Source: Octopus vulgaris
Lineage: Eukaryota
Direction: 5' to 3'
DNA: 64,000 nt
Assembly: GCA_951406725.2 (NCBI GenBank)
Contig: OX597820.1
Location: 64,294,001-64,358,000 of the forward strand
In this document: one piece after another, positions 23,986 through 40,284 of the stretch
How the letters are laid out: every line of letters starts with the position of its first letter
How positions within the stretch are numbered: the first letter of the stretch is position 1
Translations under genes and position numbers: made by a program
Notes under the pieces: generated by a model
What the model saw: the letters and a program-made list of their open reading frames with translations, nothing else
Databases searched by the model: none
What the model was told of the DNA's origin: nothing

Positions 23986-24445
23986 ATTATAGCATGCTTT
24001 CACTTCACTACCGAGCGCAGCTCTGTGTGCCTTGGGTATGTGCTGTGATTTGTTGTGATGCTCTGATGGTTAGTGTTTTGACAGTGTTTTGCGTAGGATG
24101 TGTGTAGTGCCTAGTAGTGCAATTTTCTGTATGTTATATGTGTTTGTAAGTCCTGGTGTTTTTGTTATGTATTTGTCTGAATATTTTTTATCATGCCTAA
24201 TGCTACTACTATGATGCGGATTGTTTCTGTTTTTAGATTCCATATTCGAGTTACCTCTCTTTCCAGGTCTCTGTAATTTCAAAGTTTCCCCATTTCTTTT
24301 AGAGACACATTGTCATCTGCTGGTATTGATACATAAATTTTTTCTTCATGATCTCTGACAACCATATCTGGCCTGTTGGCCTTAATTTCTCTATATGTGT
24401 GTATTGGCATATCCCAGATAAGGTTGCTTTCTCGTTTTCTGTGAC
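23986..24445 (-). mobile_element. R4/Dong-like LINE 3' fragment
   Basis: RPDMVVRD...KKYSDKYITKTPGLTNTYNIQKIALLGTTHILRKTLS followed by a short 3' UTR. Flanked by (TAA)n. Confidence 0.8.
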
Positions 24446-24626
<181 letters not shown>

Positions 24627-24879
24627 TTCACTCAATTTTTGAAGTAATGGGATAACTGAGATAAGAATAAAAGTTCGAGACATAGTCGTAACGCTGTGAG
24701 CCACTGATTCACTTTGTGACGTACACATAATGAATACTTGCAACGTCTGAGGTGACTTTAATATCTTATACTGAGCTGTGAAGGTTTATTTCAATATTCA
24801 TCACGTGCTTTGGATTTTCTTATGTATTTCGATTCTGGTATCAAAATACAGAGGCCAACAGAAGAAAGAGTGAGAGAAA

Positions 24880-25183
<304 letters not shown>

Positions 25184-25350
25184 TAGGTATCGCTAAGCTA
25201 ATATGGCAGTCCGGAACTATAGGACAAATGCTGCCGTTCAGTAGCTTCAAGAGGCCATCGCCTCTAGCTAGATAGGTGACACACGAACCTGTGTCCATTA
25301 TAACCTTCGAACAGGGGAGGTCTGCCGCATCCTCTTGCTGGTCAGGCATT

Positions 25351-25389
25351 TGCAATCTAGTTTCAGGGTATTTGCCCCTTATCAATGCA
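25351..25389 (-). ncRNA. Hammerhead-like motif (U3-A8 covariant core, non-canonical cleavage triplet) in a pLTR-like piece at 25182-25390
   Basis: Minus strand: tgca-TTGATAA-gggg.caaata.ccct-GAAA-ctag-AT-tgca. The element's 3' end abuts (TA)n. Confidence 0.5.
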
Positions 25390-25979
25390 CACACACATGT
25401 TCATAATTTTGCATACATTATGAAATTATCTGCGCGCGCACACACACACACGCAATTAATCAAACTCAGCCTCTTCACAGCAGACTTTTTAAGAGGGATC
25501 TTTTTTATATTTTTATTTGATTTGCAAACGATGCAAAATCAAACACAGATATCATCCGCTTCATTTCAACTCACATCCTATGTGAGAACAAGTCTCGATA
25601 TTAGCCAATTGAAAGGCCGAAACGCTTGATGGTCACTTCAGTTAGTTGTATTAAATTTTGTCATTTACAGGACATTGACCATTTCTAAAACCGTTGGAGT
25701 TTCAGGTTTTATTTCACTTGTAAACAACTGCTAGAAATATTTAAGAAATTCTATTCTGGTACACATCGTAGCAACCAACGATACGACAGTGATTATAAAA
25801 GATACCTCACAGCAAAGTACTTAATTAGTTCTATATATGAAAACGTCACGAGTTGCTACCATAACAGATTTATCTATACATATGCAAATCTATATTTATT
25901 AACATATTTGTATGTGTGCGTAAGTGCATATACGTATGAATTTATCCATCTATCTATCTATCTATCTATATACATACAC

Positions 25980-26037
<58 letters not shown>

Positions 26038-26454
26038 ATGTATATATACGTATACATGTATGTATGTGTATGTGTATGCGTGTCTGAGAGTGCGTGTGTA
26101 TGTGAGTCAAAGTGTGTGTGTGCGGGTATGTGGATGTGTGTGTGTTTGTGTGTGCTTCAGTGTTTGTGTTTCCAATGATGGTGGGGGAGGGCTAAGCCAA
26201 TGCATTGACTGAGATGACGTATAATGAATTGATTGAATAATTTCTCTATTTCGAGTTTATTACTAAAGGCTTTTATTTTGTGTGTGTAAGAAAATAAATT
26301 TAGAATATCATCTCTAGATGCCATCCTTACTAAATCCTTTTCCTCAAAATCCGTAGTTTGAGGGAGCCTCATTTAAATAATTTTGGATTTAAACAGCATA
26401 ATGAAATCATTAACACAAATAATAACAACAATAATGATAATGATGATTCAAATT

Positions 26455-26638
26455 CTTCCAACAAATTTTTGCAGCTTGGTGGGAGGGAATTAAGTCGTTT
26501 GTAACAACCCCAGTGTGTAAATGGTACTTATTTAATCGACCCTGAAAGGATAATAGGCAAAGTCTATCGCGGCGGAATTCGAACTCAGAACATAGCAACA
26601 AGCGAAATACTGTTGACTATTCTGCCAGCTCGCCGCCT
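26455..26638 (-). mobile_element. SINE, same family as 10328-11102
   Basis: Shared head (ggcggcgagctggcagaat) and core. Further copies at about 31290-31445, 31803-31995, 43135-43280, 45040-45125 and 51190-51365. Confidence 0.75.
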
Positions 26639-27499
26639 TCAATAATTATAAGAATATTAAAAATAGTTATTTTTCTATCAGTAATTTAAAGCAGTGCAAT
26701 GTAAGTTGGTTTTTCTCCAAGGTCTCCCACCGTTTTCATTGATCAACTGACATTCCGTTGCCTACGACGACGAACCTTCCCGTTGATCCGATCAGCTGAA
26801 CAGCCTGCTTGTGTAATTAACGTGCGCACGTACCTTTAGCGTAATTCTTAGGAAGATTCTGCCTGACACAGTGTAACAAGGTTGAAATAAAGTTACTATT
26901 TCCTTTTGCAAGTTGAGTGGATACGAGCAACGTAACCTACAGTATTTTTCTCAAGGACATAATACGTCGCCGGGAATCGAACATACGACCTCATGATCGT
27001 GAGCCGAACGCCCTAAACATTAAGCCACATGCTGTGGTAATAAACACATACTTAACATCTGGTGACCTCATGGTTGTACGACCGATCCCTTGATGACCTT
27101 CTTGTCAGCATCTGCTGAGCCGGTTTATAGACTGGTGGTGTGTGTCTGTGTCCACGACGCTGCATTTCTTCCTCCTACTAACCCCAACAACCCTCGTGTA
27201 TTTATGGCTATCTCGGGTACAAGGCAAAATTTGAAATTAAACATTTAATAATACTACACAGTAGGAGGGACCAGGCTGGCAGTCATAACTTAATTCTGAC
27301 TGCCCCCGGCGGCAGCTCACAAGAACGTTGATATGACGGTTACATTGTTCTCATGGTTAGAAAGGGTGACTGCAAGGACAGAGACAGCGGTAATCAACGA
27401 TAGTCTCTGCTACTGTAATGTCGTGGCAGTGGTAATTCTAACGGTAATAATGGCAGAGGTGATAATAATGGTAGAGATTTTAATAATGGTCTCTACATT

Positions 27500-30455
27500 A
27501 ACCACAATGGGCTCATAATACTAATAATGTAATAGGACCTAATGGACCAAGGGATAGTATAAAGAAGTAATGGGCGGATATTTCTCTTCATTAGATTAGC
27601 CATCTCAAGAGTAACACACCGCAAACTCTTGCAAAATAAGAACACAAAATCTAGAGAGCAGACCCTATTTAGACGAAAGTAACTTACAGAGGTTAAGAGG
27701 GATACCTTTAGAAATAAGAGACTAATGATCAAGCACGCGGCGGAAACTTACCTAAATATATGACAGGGTGGAAAGGAAGAATGAGATGAAAAGAGTAGTG
27801 CGACACGAGCCTTAATCGAAAGACTGTGACGCAAAGAACTGAAGAAATGAGAAAATGTAATGAAGCTGATGAAGATAGCCAGGAAAGTGGTAAAGAGACA
27901 ATATTTGAAGAACACGCATTTGACGAATAATACAGAGAGACTATGATGGAAATAAAGCAGAAAATTCTGAATAAGTCGTAAGACATGCAAGTATGAATGA
28001 TGGAGAATCACTTTACAAACTGTCAAATACAAACCAAAATAAAAAAAAAAATTAAAATTGGCAATTATGTAACAAAAGACATCGCACAAAAATTAAAACC
28101 ACATCTTACTAATTTAAATGGAATTATTTACGCATCTGCTACGGCAAATGAAACAACCAATTGTTTCAGAAGAAAAAAATAAACAAAGAAAAATAATCCT
28201 GGGAAGGAATCCAAATTGGAGAAGTAAATTTGAAAAATATATTGAATTAATGAGAGGAGAAATATCAATATTAAATGAACTAATCTCTGAAAATAATGTA
28301 AAATCCAGAAAAGAAAGAAAGATGATGAGAAATTATAGATTCTCACCAAGAGAAGAGCTGCTTTTTACAAAAGAAACACTGAAACAAAAAGTCGAAGCAA
28401 AAGCTCAGTTGAATACGAAGATTTGAGAAGAGGAAAAAGTTTTATAGAAGCGAAATAAGCCGTACACGTCCAATGCGAAAACATTCTATGGAGAAATAGG
28501 GAAGCAGAAAATAACTGTTGGGGACACCCTACCAATGTAAGCAGTAGAAAATTTTGGTAAAAGATTTGGAGTGATGAGAAGACATAAAAAATGCGGTTTG
28601 GTTTAGACGCACAGAAGGATCCTACCAAAATTTAAAAGAACAAACATGAGAAGTCGTCACAATAGCAGACGTAAGGATGGCCCTCAAGAAGGCCCATAAG
28701 TGGAAATCCCCGGTAAAGATAGGTTGCCAAATTCGTGGCTCGTATCACTCCCATGCGCACACAGTAAGTTAGTTCAGCTCTTCAATGAAATTATGAGAAA
28801 TAGTCAGAAAATGGATTACTCCAAAAGCCTATCGGCCCATGACCTGCTTCTCTATTACTCCTTAAATTTTAACGCCCATTTTCGTGGAGAAATTGTCCAC
28901 ATTTATGGAATACAACGATATTATCCCCACTGGACAAAAGGTGTGCCAAGAAGTCTCATATGGATGCAAATATCAACTCCTAATTAATCGCATGTTCCTT
29001 GGGAACAAACGCAGAAATCTCAGTTCCGCATGGATTGATTATAAAAAGGCCTTAACATCATACCACATTCATGGACCTTGAAATTGCGGGACATCTTAAA
29101 AATTTCTCCTGTAATTTCAAACTTGAAGCATAACATATCAGTGTGGAATACGAATCTCTAGTTATGCACTCTAATGGAGCACTGAGTACAAACAATAATA
29201 AAATCAGCTGTAGAATTTTCCAAAGTCACTCACTTTCACCTCTAATTTTCTGCAGAGACTTAATACCTCTTACAAGGGAACTTAGCAGACCAGGGCATGG
29301 ATATAAAATTGAGAAGAAAATAAGCCATCTATTTTATATGAATGGCCTAAAACCTTATGATAAAATCAATGATGAGCTTGAAGGCCTATTACATCGTGTG
29401 AGAGTACACAGTGATGAATTCAGGCTTGAGTTTAGTCTTGACAAATGTACTAAGGCCACATTTAAGAAAGGAAAATTGAAGACCTCAGATTCAATTGTAT
29501 TAGATGTTGTTGAAACATTTATAAACAACTTCAGAAGGAACAAAGTTAGAAATACCGAGAAATAAATGAAGGCTCAGGTATTCAGCATGCAAACGCGACA
29601 GAGATGATCAGAAACACGTTAAAATTATAAATATCAAACTGGAGCTGCTAAGGGATATATTAGCTTGCACTTTGTAATATGTATTTAGCTCAGATTTCAG
29701 GACTGCTCGAATACTCTTGTTGAACTGTAATATCAATGAAGTAAAGAACATTATGGCAGCGCATGATCGAATTTTGAATACGAACTGGAAGGCCAATCTT
29801 AGGAATGACTAAGTGTCTCCACACGAAACCATTGACCATATCACGAATGAATGTCCTAGACCTACCCAAAACCACTACAAGTTTGGGTGACACGATGAAG
29901 TAGCGAAAGTGCTACATTGAAAACTATGCGAAAAAATGGGGCTTGAGAGAACCAAGACGTGGTATAAACAAAGATCGCAGAGCCTGGAGGGGTCAGAGAC
30001 TAGCAAAACCCTCTGGGATTTCCCAATCCAAACACATCAAATGCTAGAAACTAACAGACCGGAATTAATGGTGGTGGAAAGGTGCAACAAATATGCTCTA
30101 CAGTTGATGTTGCATGCCCCTTTGAACTAAGCATAATCAAGAAAGAAGGCGAAAAGGTAGATAAATACAACTCTTTAAAGTACGAAATAGCCAAGTTATG
30201 AAAAATGAAGGTGGGTCCTTGGGAACAGTATCAGAAGTTATCAAGAATAATATAAAACAAAATGGAATACAGCACCAAGTAGAGCTCTTACAAAAGGTCT
30301 GCTTCCTTGGCCAGAATAACCAGGAAATTATTAGGTAGTTGAAAAAAATGTAAAGCTCAAGCTGACAGTTATATTGTAACATCTCTTATCCTTCGCTCGC
30401 CCCAGGACGCTGGGTGTTTCTCGGCGAGTGACTGCAACAAAGATGCAGATTAATG
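27500..30455 (+). mobile_element. Heavily decayed, long R4/Dong-like LINE
   Basis: Ordered remnants: PG.DRLPNSW, GCKYQLLINR, RNLSSAWIDYKKA, RIFQSHSLSPLIFC, ISHLFYM, FSLDKC, LWDFPIQTH..NRPE, LQKVCFLG. Ends in (AAT)n. Many stops and frameshifts; 5' boundary approximate. Confidence 0.8.
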
Positions 30456-30470
30456 ATAATAATAACAATG

Positions 30471-30538
<68 letters not shown>

Positions 30539-31443
30539 TTTTTGCTGTTTTGTGACGATGGGGACTTTTTGCTGCTTTGTGAGGAGGGTATCTTTTGCTA
30601 TTTGGTCACCCTGGAGGATGAAATACAATTAGCGGATGAACTCTGAGGAGTCAAAAGGAATCCAAATAACAACTCATTCACCAGCTGCGTAGCACTAGCG
30701 ACCAGCTCATGATAGCTCACTTAAATCCATAAGGGGAGAAGATCCTCTTTGCCTCTTTTTACACAAATCCCTCCAGAGATAATGTCTCGATAAAAATGCT
30801 GGTGATTGTAAAACCTCATCAACACTTTCCTCTGCGTAAGACTAATGAATTAACACAAACAAATGAGGACTGAACTACCGGTGACGCACTTCACCTGGTA
30901 GGCGTCCTGTGAGTGATCAGTACAGGCCCGGTCGTCATTATACAGCTAAATCGATGAATATAGCTCTGATAATGAAGTGAGACCCATCATCGGATATAGA
31001 AAGGGGTCGAGTAATATATCAAAGAAATCGGAATTGATTTGAGAGCAGAGCAAGCCTCCAGAAACTGCTCTGCTTGGGACAGCTAAGATTTGAGATTGAT
31101 ACTTGAATGTTGAATGTCTCCCTCAGTAATTAACAACCAAGTATCAAAGCTTATAATGTGCGGAAATATATCTTTTGCGATCTCTGGTCGCAGGATGCTA
31201 TCCACACTCACAGAATCTGCCAGAACAAACAGGACTGAACATTCTAGGAAGTAGAAAAACAATAACAATATTCATTTGTGCGATAAGCAAATAACCATGC
31301 TTGACTGGTACATAATTTATCGACCTCGAAATGATGAAATGCAAAGTCGACCTTGGCGAAAATTGAACCCAGAACGTAAAGAGGGGTGAAATACTGCTAA
31401 GCATTTTTGCCCGGCGTGATGACGATTCTGCCAACTCGCCGCC

Positions 31444-31801
<358 letters not shown>

Positions 31802-32619
31802 CCTTTCTATTAAAGGCACAAGGCCTAAAATTTTGGGAGAGGGAACTAGTCGATTTCATCGACCCCTTTGTTTTACAGGTGCTCAATTTATTGACCCCGA
31901 AAGTATGAAAGGCAAAGTCGACCTTGGTAGAACTGAACTCAGAACGTAAAGATTGACGGAATGTCGCTAAGTATTTTGCCCGGCGTGCTAACTATTCGGC
32001 CACTTTCTAATACACCAAACACTCCCCCTCTTCTTCTTCTTCTTTCTTCTTGCTCCCCCAGTCTCTCTCGGTTCATTTTATTTTTCTTTAATGCCTTCGT
32101 TTACTATTCTTTCTTTATCTTCTTTATTTATTTGTCTCTGTTCCTGTCTTTCGTTTCTGTTTATTTTAACTATAATGCTTTCGGTCTCAATCCTTTCTTT
32201 CATTCACTCATTCATCCCTTATATCATTCATTTTTCTTAATTTCTCTGAGGCTCTCTGTCTCTCTCCCTATTTCTCTTTCTCTCCCCTCTCACTCATTCT
32301 CTCTACCGTCTGTCGCTCCCTCTTTCGCTTCTATTTATTCTTTCATTTCTTCTCTCTGTACCTCCATTTATTTTCTCCATCTGCCTTTCATTCTCCAATC
32401 TTTCTTTGTTCCTGTCTTTTTCTTTCTTTCTTTCTTTCTCCAATCTTTCTTTCTTTCTTTCTTTCCTTCTATGTTTGCTCTTGGTTCAAAATTGACATTT
32501 AAAATTTATAGTACTTCCAATCTTTTGAGATAGCCATTCTCGCCTGGAACGCTACACTTCAAAATATCGAAATAAATCTGTTTGAATATTGATCAAATTT
32601 CTTGTACAAGTTTCATTTT

Positions 32620-33500
<881 letters not shown>

Positions 33501-34244
33501 CGAAATCATTTCTTATCACTAGTGATTTGTTTTGTGTATGGAGAAATACATGGGAGGTCAGACGATAAAATTATCGTTGCGTTATATATTGATGCGAATC
33601 GAATAATTAGCATTCCTAGGTTAGCGATATTTATTCATTATTTTATATGTTATTTGAGAGTATTTTATACATTTATACATTTCATCTTGATTTTTTAAAA
33701 AAATATTCTTGTTTTTTTTTATTTTTATTTTCTTCCAACTCCAGATTCATTTACTCTGGTTGTCTTTATTATCTTTATAGTTATAATTATTATCTAAAGA
33801 AATTGTCGTAATCACCACCACCACCACCACCACCACCACTACCATCATCATCATCATCAGCATCATCATCACCATCATCATCCTTCCAGGATAGATAGAA
33901 TAAATACCAGTAATGAAAACTGGGGGTCGATGTAATGTTCTCTCTCCTCCCCCCCAAATTTCAGGTTTTGTGTCTATGGCATAAAGGATTCATCTATATC
34001 TTATTATTATTATTTTCATCGTCATCATCATCATCACCACCACCACTACCACTACCACCACCACCAACAACATTACCACCACCACCACCACCACCACCAC
34101 CACCATCATTATCATCATCATCATCATCATCACCACCGCCACCACCACCACCGCCACCATCATCATCACCATCACCACCACCATCACCATCACCATCACC
34201 ACCACCACCACCACCACCACCACCATCACCATCACCATCATCAC

Positions 34245-34293
<49 letters not shown>

Positions 34294-34369
34294 GCCATCA
34301 CCATCACCATCATCATCATCATCATTATTATTATTATTAGTATTATTATGATTATTATTATTATTATTA

Positions 34370-34745
34370 TTCAGTAGTTTTATTTTTATTGCGTGCTTTC
34401 ACTTCACTACCGAGCGCAGCTCTGTGTGACTTAGGTATGTGCTGTGATTTGTTGTGATGCTCTGCTGGTTATTGTATGGAAAGTGTTCTTCGTAGGATGT
34501 GTGTAGTGCCTAGTAGTGCAATTTTCTGTATGTTAAATGTGTTTGTAAGTCCTGGTGTTTTCGTTATGTATTGTCTGAATATTTTTTTATCATACCTAAT
34601 GCACCTACTATGATAGGAATTGTTTCTATTTTTAGATTCCACATTCTGGTTACCTCTAATTCTAGGTCTTTGTATTTTGAAAGTTTCTCCATTTCTTTTA
34701 GAGGCACGTTGTCATCTGCCGGTATTGATACATCAATTAGAAAGC
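34370..34745 (-). mobile_element. R4/Dong-like LINE 3' fragment
   Basis: LIDVSIPADDNVPLKEMEKLSKYKDLELEVTRMWNLKIETIPIIVGALGMIKK...LLGTTHILRRTLS, the RLE D..E.EK.SKY motif. Flanked by (TAA)n. Confidence 0.85.
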
Positions 34746-34755
34746 ATTTTTTTCT

Positions 34756-34845
<90 letters not shown>

Positions 34846-34871
34846 TATTATTATTATCATCATCATTATCG

Positions 34872-34931
<60 letters not shown>

Positions 34932-34933
<2 letters not shown>

Positions 34934-35398
34934 GAGTGAGAGAGTAGTGCATGCCATCAAAGGGACACCGGGGTAAAATGTACGAAGCCACGTGTACCCA
35001 CATGGCTACCCTTCTGATAAGGGTATACCAGGCACATGCATCACAGCCGGGCATGGTGATCTCATATCAAGATAAACAGCACATGACCTTGCAGTTGGGA
35101 CCCAGTTACAATGTTCTTCTGTTCGAGGAAACCATCCCGGTCAAAATTTCCCTGAATAAGGATTGTTTAAGGATGTTGAACGAACCACCCATGTTTCATA
35201 AGGCGAACTATCCAATCCTCTAAGTATTCCTTTCAACACACGGCTATGATGCTCCCCGACTACTTTTGCTCGTGATCAGAGATGCACATATCGTCAGCCA
35301 CTAAGGGACGTGCTCAACTGGTTACGGTCAAACAACTAACAAGCAAATCTATGTTATTGAGCAGAACATTTGCTGTAGCCCATCTTTTATACCAAGTC

Positions 35399-35461
<63 letters not shown>

Positions 35462-35885
35462 TGAGTGAGGGGGCAGTGCATGCCATCAATGTGACATTGG
35501 GGTAAAATATACGAAGCCCAATATACCATCATGACTACCCGTCTGATAAGGGTACACCAGGCATATGCATCACAACCATATTTGTTCGACGTGATGATCT
35601 CATCAAGATAAATAGCGATTGACCTTGCAGTAGGGGAAAGCTGTTAGAATGTTCTTCAAGTTGAACACCCCATCACGTTCAAAAGGTCCCTGAATAAGGT
35701 TTGTTTAAAGATGTTGAACGAAACACCCACGTTTCCTAAGATTAATTTTCCAAACCCCACAGAATTCCTTTCAAAACATGGCTATGAAGCACTCCTATTA
35801 CATCTCCTCATGATCAAAGATGCACATATCGTCAGCAACTAGTTAATATGAAAGATCTGACAAGCAAATCTGTGAAATTGAACAG
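34932..35885. mobile_element. Two further copies of the unclassified 480-bp family, separated by (TTA)n
   Basis: 34932-35397 and 35462-35885 align with 23468-23958. Confidence 0.75.
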
Positions 35886-35954
35886 ATAGCATTTCCAATC
35901 AGTTAAGAGCAATAGCCATGAGAGCCACAGCCTGGTTCTGCATCAAGGAAGTAC

Positions 35955-36023
<69 letters not shown>

Positions 36024-36581
36024 CATTATTATTATTATTATTATATTATTATTATTATCATTATTATTATTATTATTATTATAATTATTATTATTACTGT
36101 TGTTGTTATTGTTATTATTATTGTTATTATTATTATGAATATTGTTGTTGTTGTAATCATTACTAGTAGGACCCGTGGAAAATTCAAGGAATGGAAAAAA
36201 TCCAAAGGACCTATTTAAGAACGAAAGAATGCTTTGCATTTTTCTAGCATTCATAGTTGAACTTTCTTCAAATATTCTTGATGTTCAGGTACATTTATTT
36301 TCTCACGTCTCCGCCGGTGTTTTGTTTTTGTCTCTTTTTATTAGATCTATTAGCTATTCCTCTGCAATCCGTTTGTCTGAGCATCCTTACTTTGCAACTC
36401 GCAACCGTCTTTTCTTGTGAATTCAAAGTTTAGGATATAGGAATCCTTGCAAACAAATATCAATTTCTTAAGTAAACAGACCATGAATAATTGCACTTAT
36501 GCGCATGCGATGGTTACTATAAAACATTAATTCAACAAAAAAAATTGCAGTATCAACATACCACTACCACAACCACTGCTA

Positions 36582-36872
36582 TAAAGGCGGCGAGCTGGCA
36601 ATAAGGTGGCGAGCTGGCAATAAGGCGGCGAGCTAGCAATAAGGCGCCGAGCTGGCAGACACGTTAGCGCGCCGGGCGAAATGCTTAGCGGTATTTCGTC
36701 TGTCGTTACGTTCTGAGTTCAAATTCCGCCGAGGTCAACTTTGCCTTTCATCCTTTCGGGGTCGATAAATAAAGTACCAGTTTCGCACAGGGGTCGATAT
36801 AATCGGCCCAATCCCTTCCTGTCCTTGTTTGCCCCCTCTGTGTTTAGCCCCTTCTGGGCAGTAAAGAAATAT
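36582..36872 (+). mobile_element. SINE (family of 10328-11102) with its 5'-terminal 19 bp repeated four times
   Basis: ataaggcggcgagctggca x4 (36582-36657), then a complete body ending gtaaagaaata. Confidence 0.85.
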
Positions 36873-37662
36873 ATATGCAGATCTCCCCCTCTCTCTCTCT
36901 CTCTCTCTCAATATAACTGTCTCCCCTGTCCATCTCTCTATCTACGTTTCTCTTCAGCTAACTTCTAACCACTTAATAAGTATTCCTTCCCCACCCCACC
37001 GCACGTCGCTTACATTTCTCTCTCTCCCCTTTTTCTTTCGTCGTCTTTTTCTCGCGTTCTTCGCCTCTACCTTCAGTTGATGACGTGACCATTTGACCTA
37101 AATGTATTAATATTAATCACCTTTCTCTCCTTCTTCCACTCCTCCCTATACGTCTGTCTCTCGCTCTCTCTCTCACTCCACCTCTCAATCACTCCACCTC
37201 TCATTCACACCACCTGCCACTCACTCTACTTTTCACTCACTCCACCTGTCACTTACTCCACTTGTCACTTACTCCAACTGTCACTTACTTCACCTCTCAC
37301 CTCTCACTCCCCCACATCCATTTCTCACTCACTCCACCAATATGTGAAAGCTTTTCACATTGCGGATGTTAAGGACCCTGCATTCTGCGTTCCTATTGCT
37401 GCAGCATCAGGAGACATTTGTTCAACTGATACTTATTTCGTTGCAGTCGAAAGGATTTTGCCCATTGTAATAACGATTTTGCCTGTTCGTCAAGATGATG
37501 ATGATGATGATGTTGATAATAATTATGATGACGAAGAAGATTACGACGACGACAACGACGACGAGACGATGACGATAATGATAACAACGACGACGACGAC
37601 GACAATGACCGCGACGATGATGATGAAGATAAGGGTGATGAAGATGATGGTGACGATGATGG

Positions 37663-37697
<35 letters not shown>

Positions 37698-38476
37698 GTG
37701 ATGATGACGACGATAACGATGATGACGACGATAACGATGATGACGATGATGATGACGACGACGACGATGATGATGATGATGATAATGATGGCGATAATGA
37801 TGGTGATAATAAAGATAACAATAAGATGATATTAGCTACAACATAAACGAGAGTAGCAATGCCAAAATATTCAATAGTAATAAAAAAACAGTAAAGACAT
37901 TGAAGATTGTCCTGACAGAATTAGTAGTAGTAGTAGTAGTAGTAGTAGGAGGAGGAGGAGGAGGAGGAGTAGCAGTAGTTGCAGTAGTAGTGGTACTAGT
38001 AATATACAAAACTAGTAGTATTAGTAGTAACATAATTATGAATAATAAAATTGTATATACATATATATATACACACACATAAGTATATAATATATACATA
38101 TATAAATACATATACATACACACACACACGCACACACACACACACGTATACATATATATGGATATATACAAGCGCAAGAGTGGCTGTGTGATAAGAATAT
38201 TCGTTCCCAAACACATGGCTTCGGATTCAATTCCACTGCGTTGCATCTTCGGTAACTGTTTTCTATTAATAAACTCAGGACGACCAATGCCATGTTAGGG
38301 AATTTGGAAGACGGAGGTTGAAAGAAGCCCGTACTTTACCCCCCGCCCCACATATATATATACAGTTTGAAACTGTTTAGCACTACGAAATGTCTTCTAT
38401 GCAGATAATATCTGGATCTCATATGTGAATATATATATGTATATATGCATAGATGTATGCAAATGTATGCATGTGC

Positions 38477-38525
<49 letters not shown>

Positions 38526-38563
38526 TATATATTTGTGTGTATGTGCGCGCGTGTGTGTATATA

Positions 38564-38654
<91 letters not shown>

Positions 38655-38912
38655 ATAGCTGATTAGATATAGTTGTAGCAATATATGACAGAGTGTGTGT
38701 AATATATTTAGAATGATTGATAAATATATAGATATGTAAATTGATTGACTAATGAATATTCATGTATATTAACTAATTTACAGTAATTAGAAGGAGCGTT
38801 TTAATTTTTGCAAGTTGTTATTTTTCGGATTTCATGATTTTAAATGGAAATCTGCATTAAGAACAGCAGTGATAGCAATAGAGTTGTTGTTGTTGTTGTT
38901 ATTGTTGTTGTT

Positions 38913-38969
<57 letters not shown>

Positions 38970-39930
38970 GGTGGTGGTGGTGGTGGTGGTGGTGGTGGTG
39001 GTGGCGGCGGTTGTGGCGGTGACGGTAGCAGTAGCAGGCAACAGCAGATGAAGAAGATTTTGAAGAAGATATGTGGATGAAGACGAAAAATATACATCGG
39101 GGCGCAAAAGAATGAAGATGAACGATGAATGAGAATAAGTATAGTAACAATATCTGCAACAACATCATCATCATCATCATCAACAACAACAACAACATTA
39201 ACAACAACCACAACAGCAGCAGCAACAACAGGGTCAGCGTTTATATTATAAAGCATATAAACATCATACAAATATAAACAGACGAATTTTTTGACAAATA
39301 TGTCACAATGGATTTAGTTGAGGATGATAAATTTCGACGAAACGTTTCGCAATATGGTGTTGAATAGATAATAAATAATGCTGCTACACTGTATGTAGAG
39401 ATATAAAAAAAAAAAGAAGTCTTTTGATAGAGAAGCTTGGTGGTAGTTGAAGATGACTGCTAAATAAATTTAAATAAAAACCGAAGCAGAGAAGTGGAGA
39501 AAACCAGTGTGCGTAGAAGGTTGCTGTAACAACCATCTTTGCGAACTCTACTACCAAAGAAAAAAGAAAGAAATATGGAAGAAAGAAAGACAAGATAAAA
39601 AGTAATAAGAAAATAGTGATGTACAATAAAACAGTATTATGCGTACAAATGGAAATGGAGTGATAAGATGATAATTGATGGACAAATATTCAGAAAGAGT
39701 CAGAATAATTTTGTGTGTAGGTTTCTCTGCTTACTGTTTCTCTTATTATTAATATTATTGCCGTTTCTGTCCAACCTATAGGTGTAGTAGATGCTGTGGA
39801 ACGTCATTATATATTTAGTTGTTTTCCTTTCTTTGTATTTGATATAATATATATATATATATACACATATGTATATATATTATTTTGATGTCAATATTAT
39901 TTATGGAATTTTCAATAAAGCTTGCATGTG

Positions 39931-39977
<47 letters not shown>

Positions 39978-40022
39978 CTATGTATGTGTATATGAATATT
40001 ACACACACACATATATATATAT

Positions 40023-40056
<34 letters not shown>

Positions 40057-40252
40057 ACATCTATATATTACACTCACACAGACGTGCATATGTATATATG
40101 TCTGTGTGTGTGTATGTGTAAATATATGTATGTATATATGTATATATATATATATGTATGTGTGTGCATGCATGTATACATGCATATATACATATATATA
40201 TATATACATGAACGTATGTATATATATATATATATATATATATACATGGATG

Positions 40253-40284
<32 letters not shown>

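Noticed and set aside
27278-27305. Hairpin ggcagtca...tgactgcc upstream of the decayed LINE, possible 5' ribozyme
   Set aside because: A single stem only; an HDV-like pseudoknot could not be built by eye.
30643-30670. CTGAGGA-gtc possible hammerhead near a Dong-like segment
   Set aside because: No intact stem II/GAAA/NUH arrangement follows.
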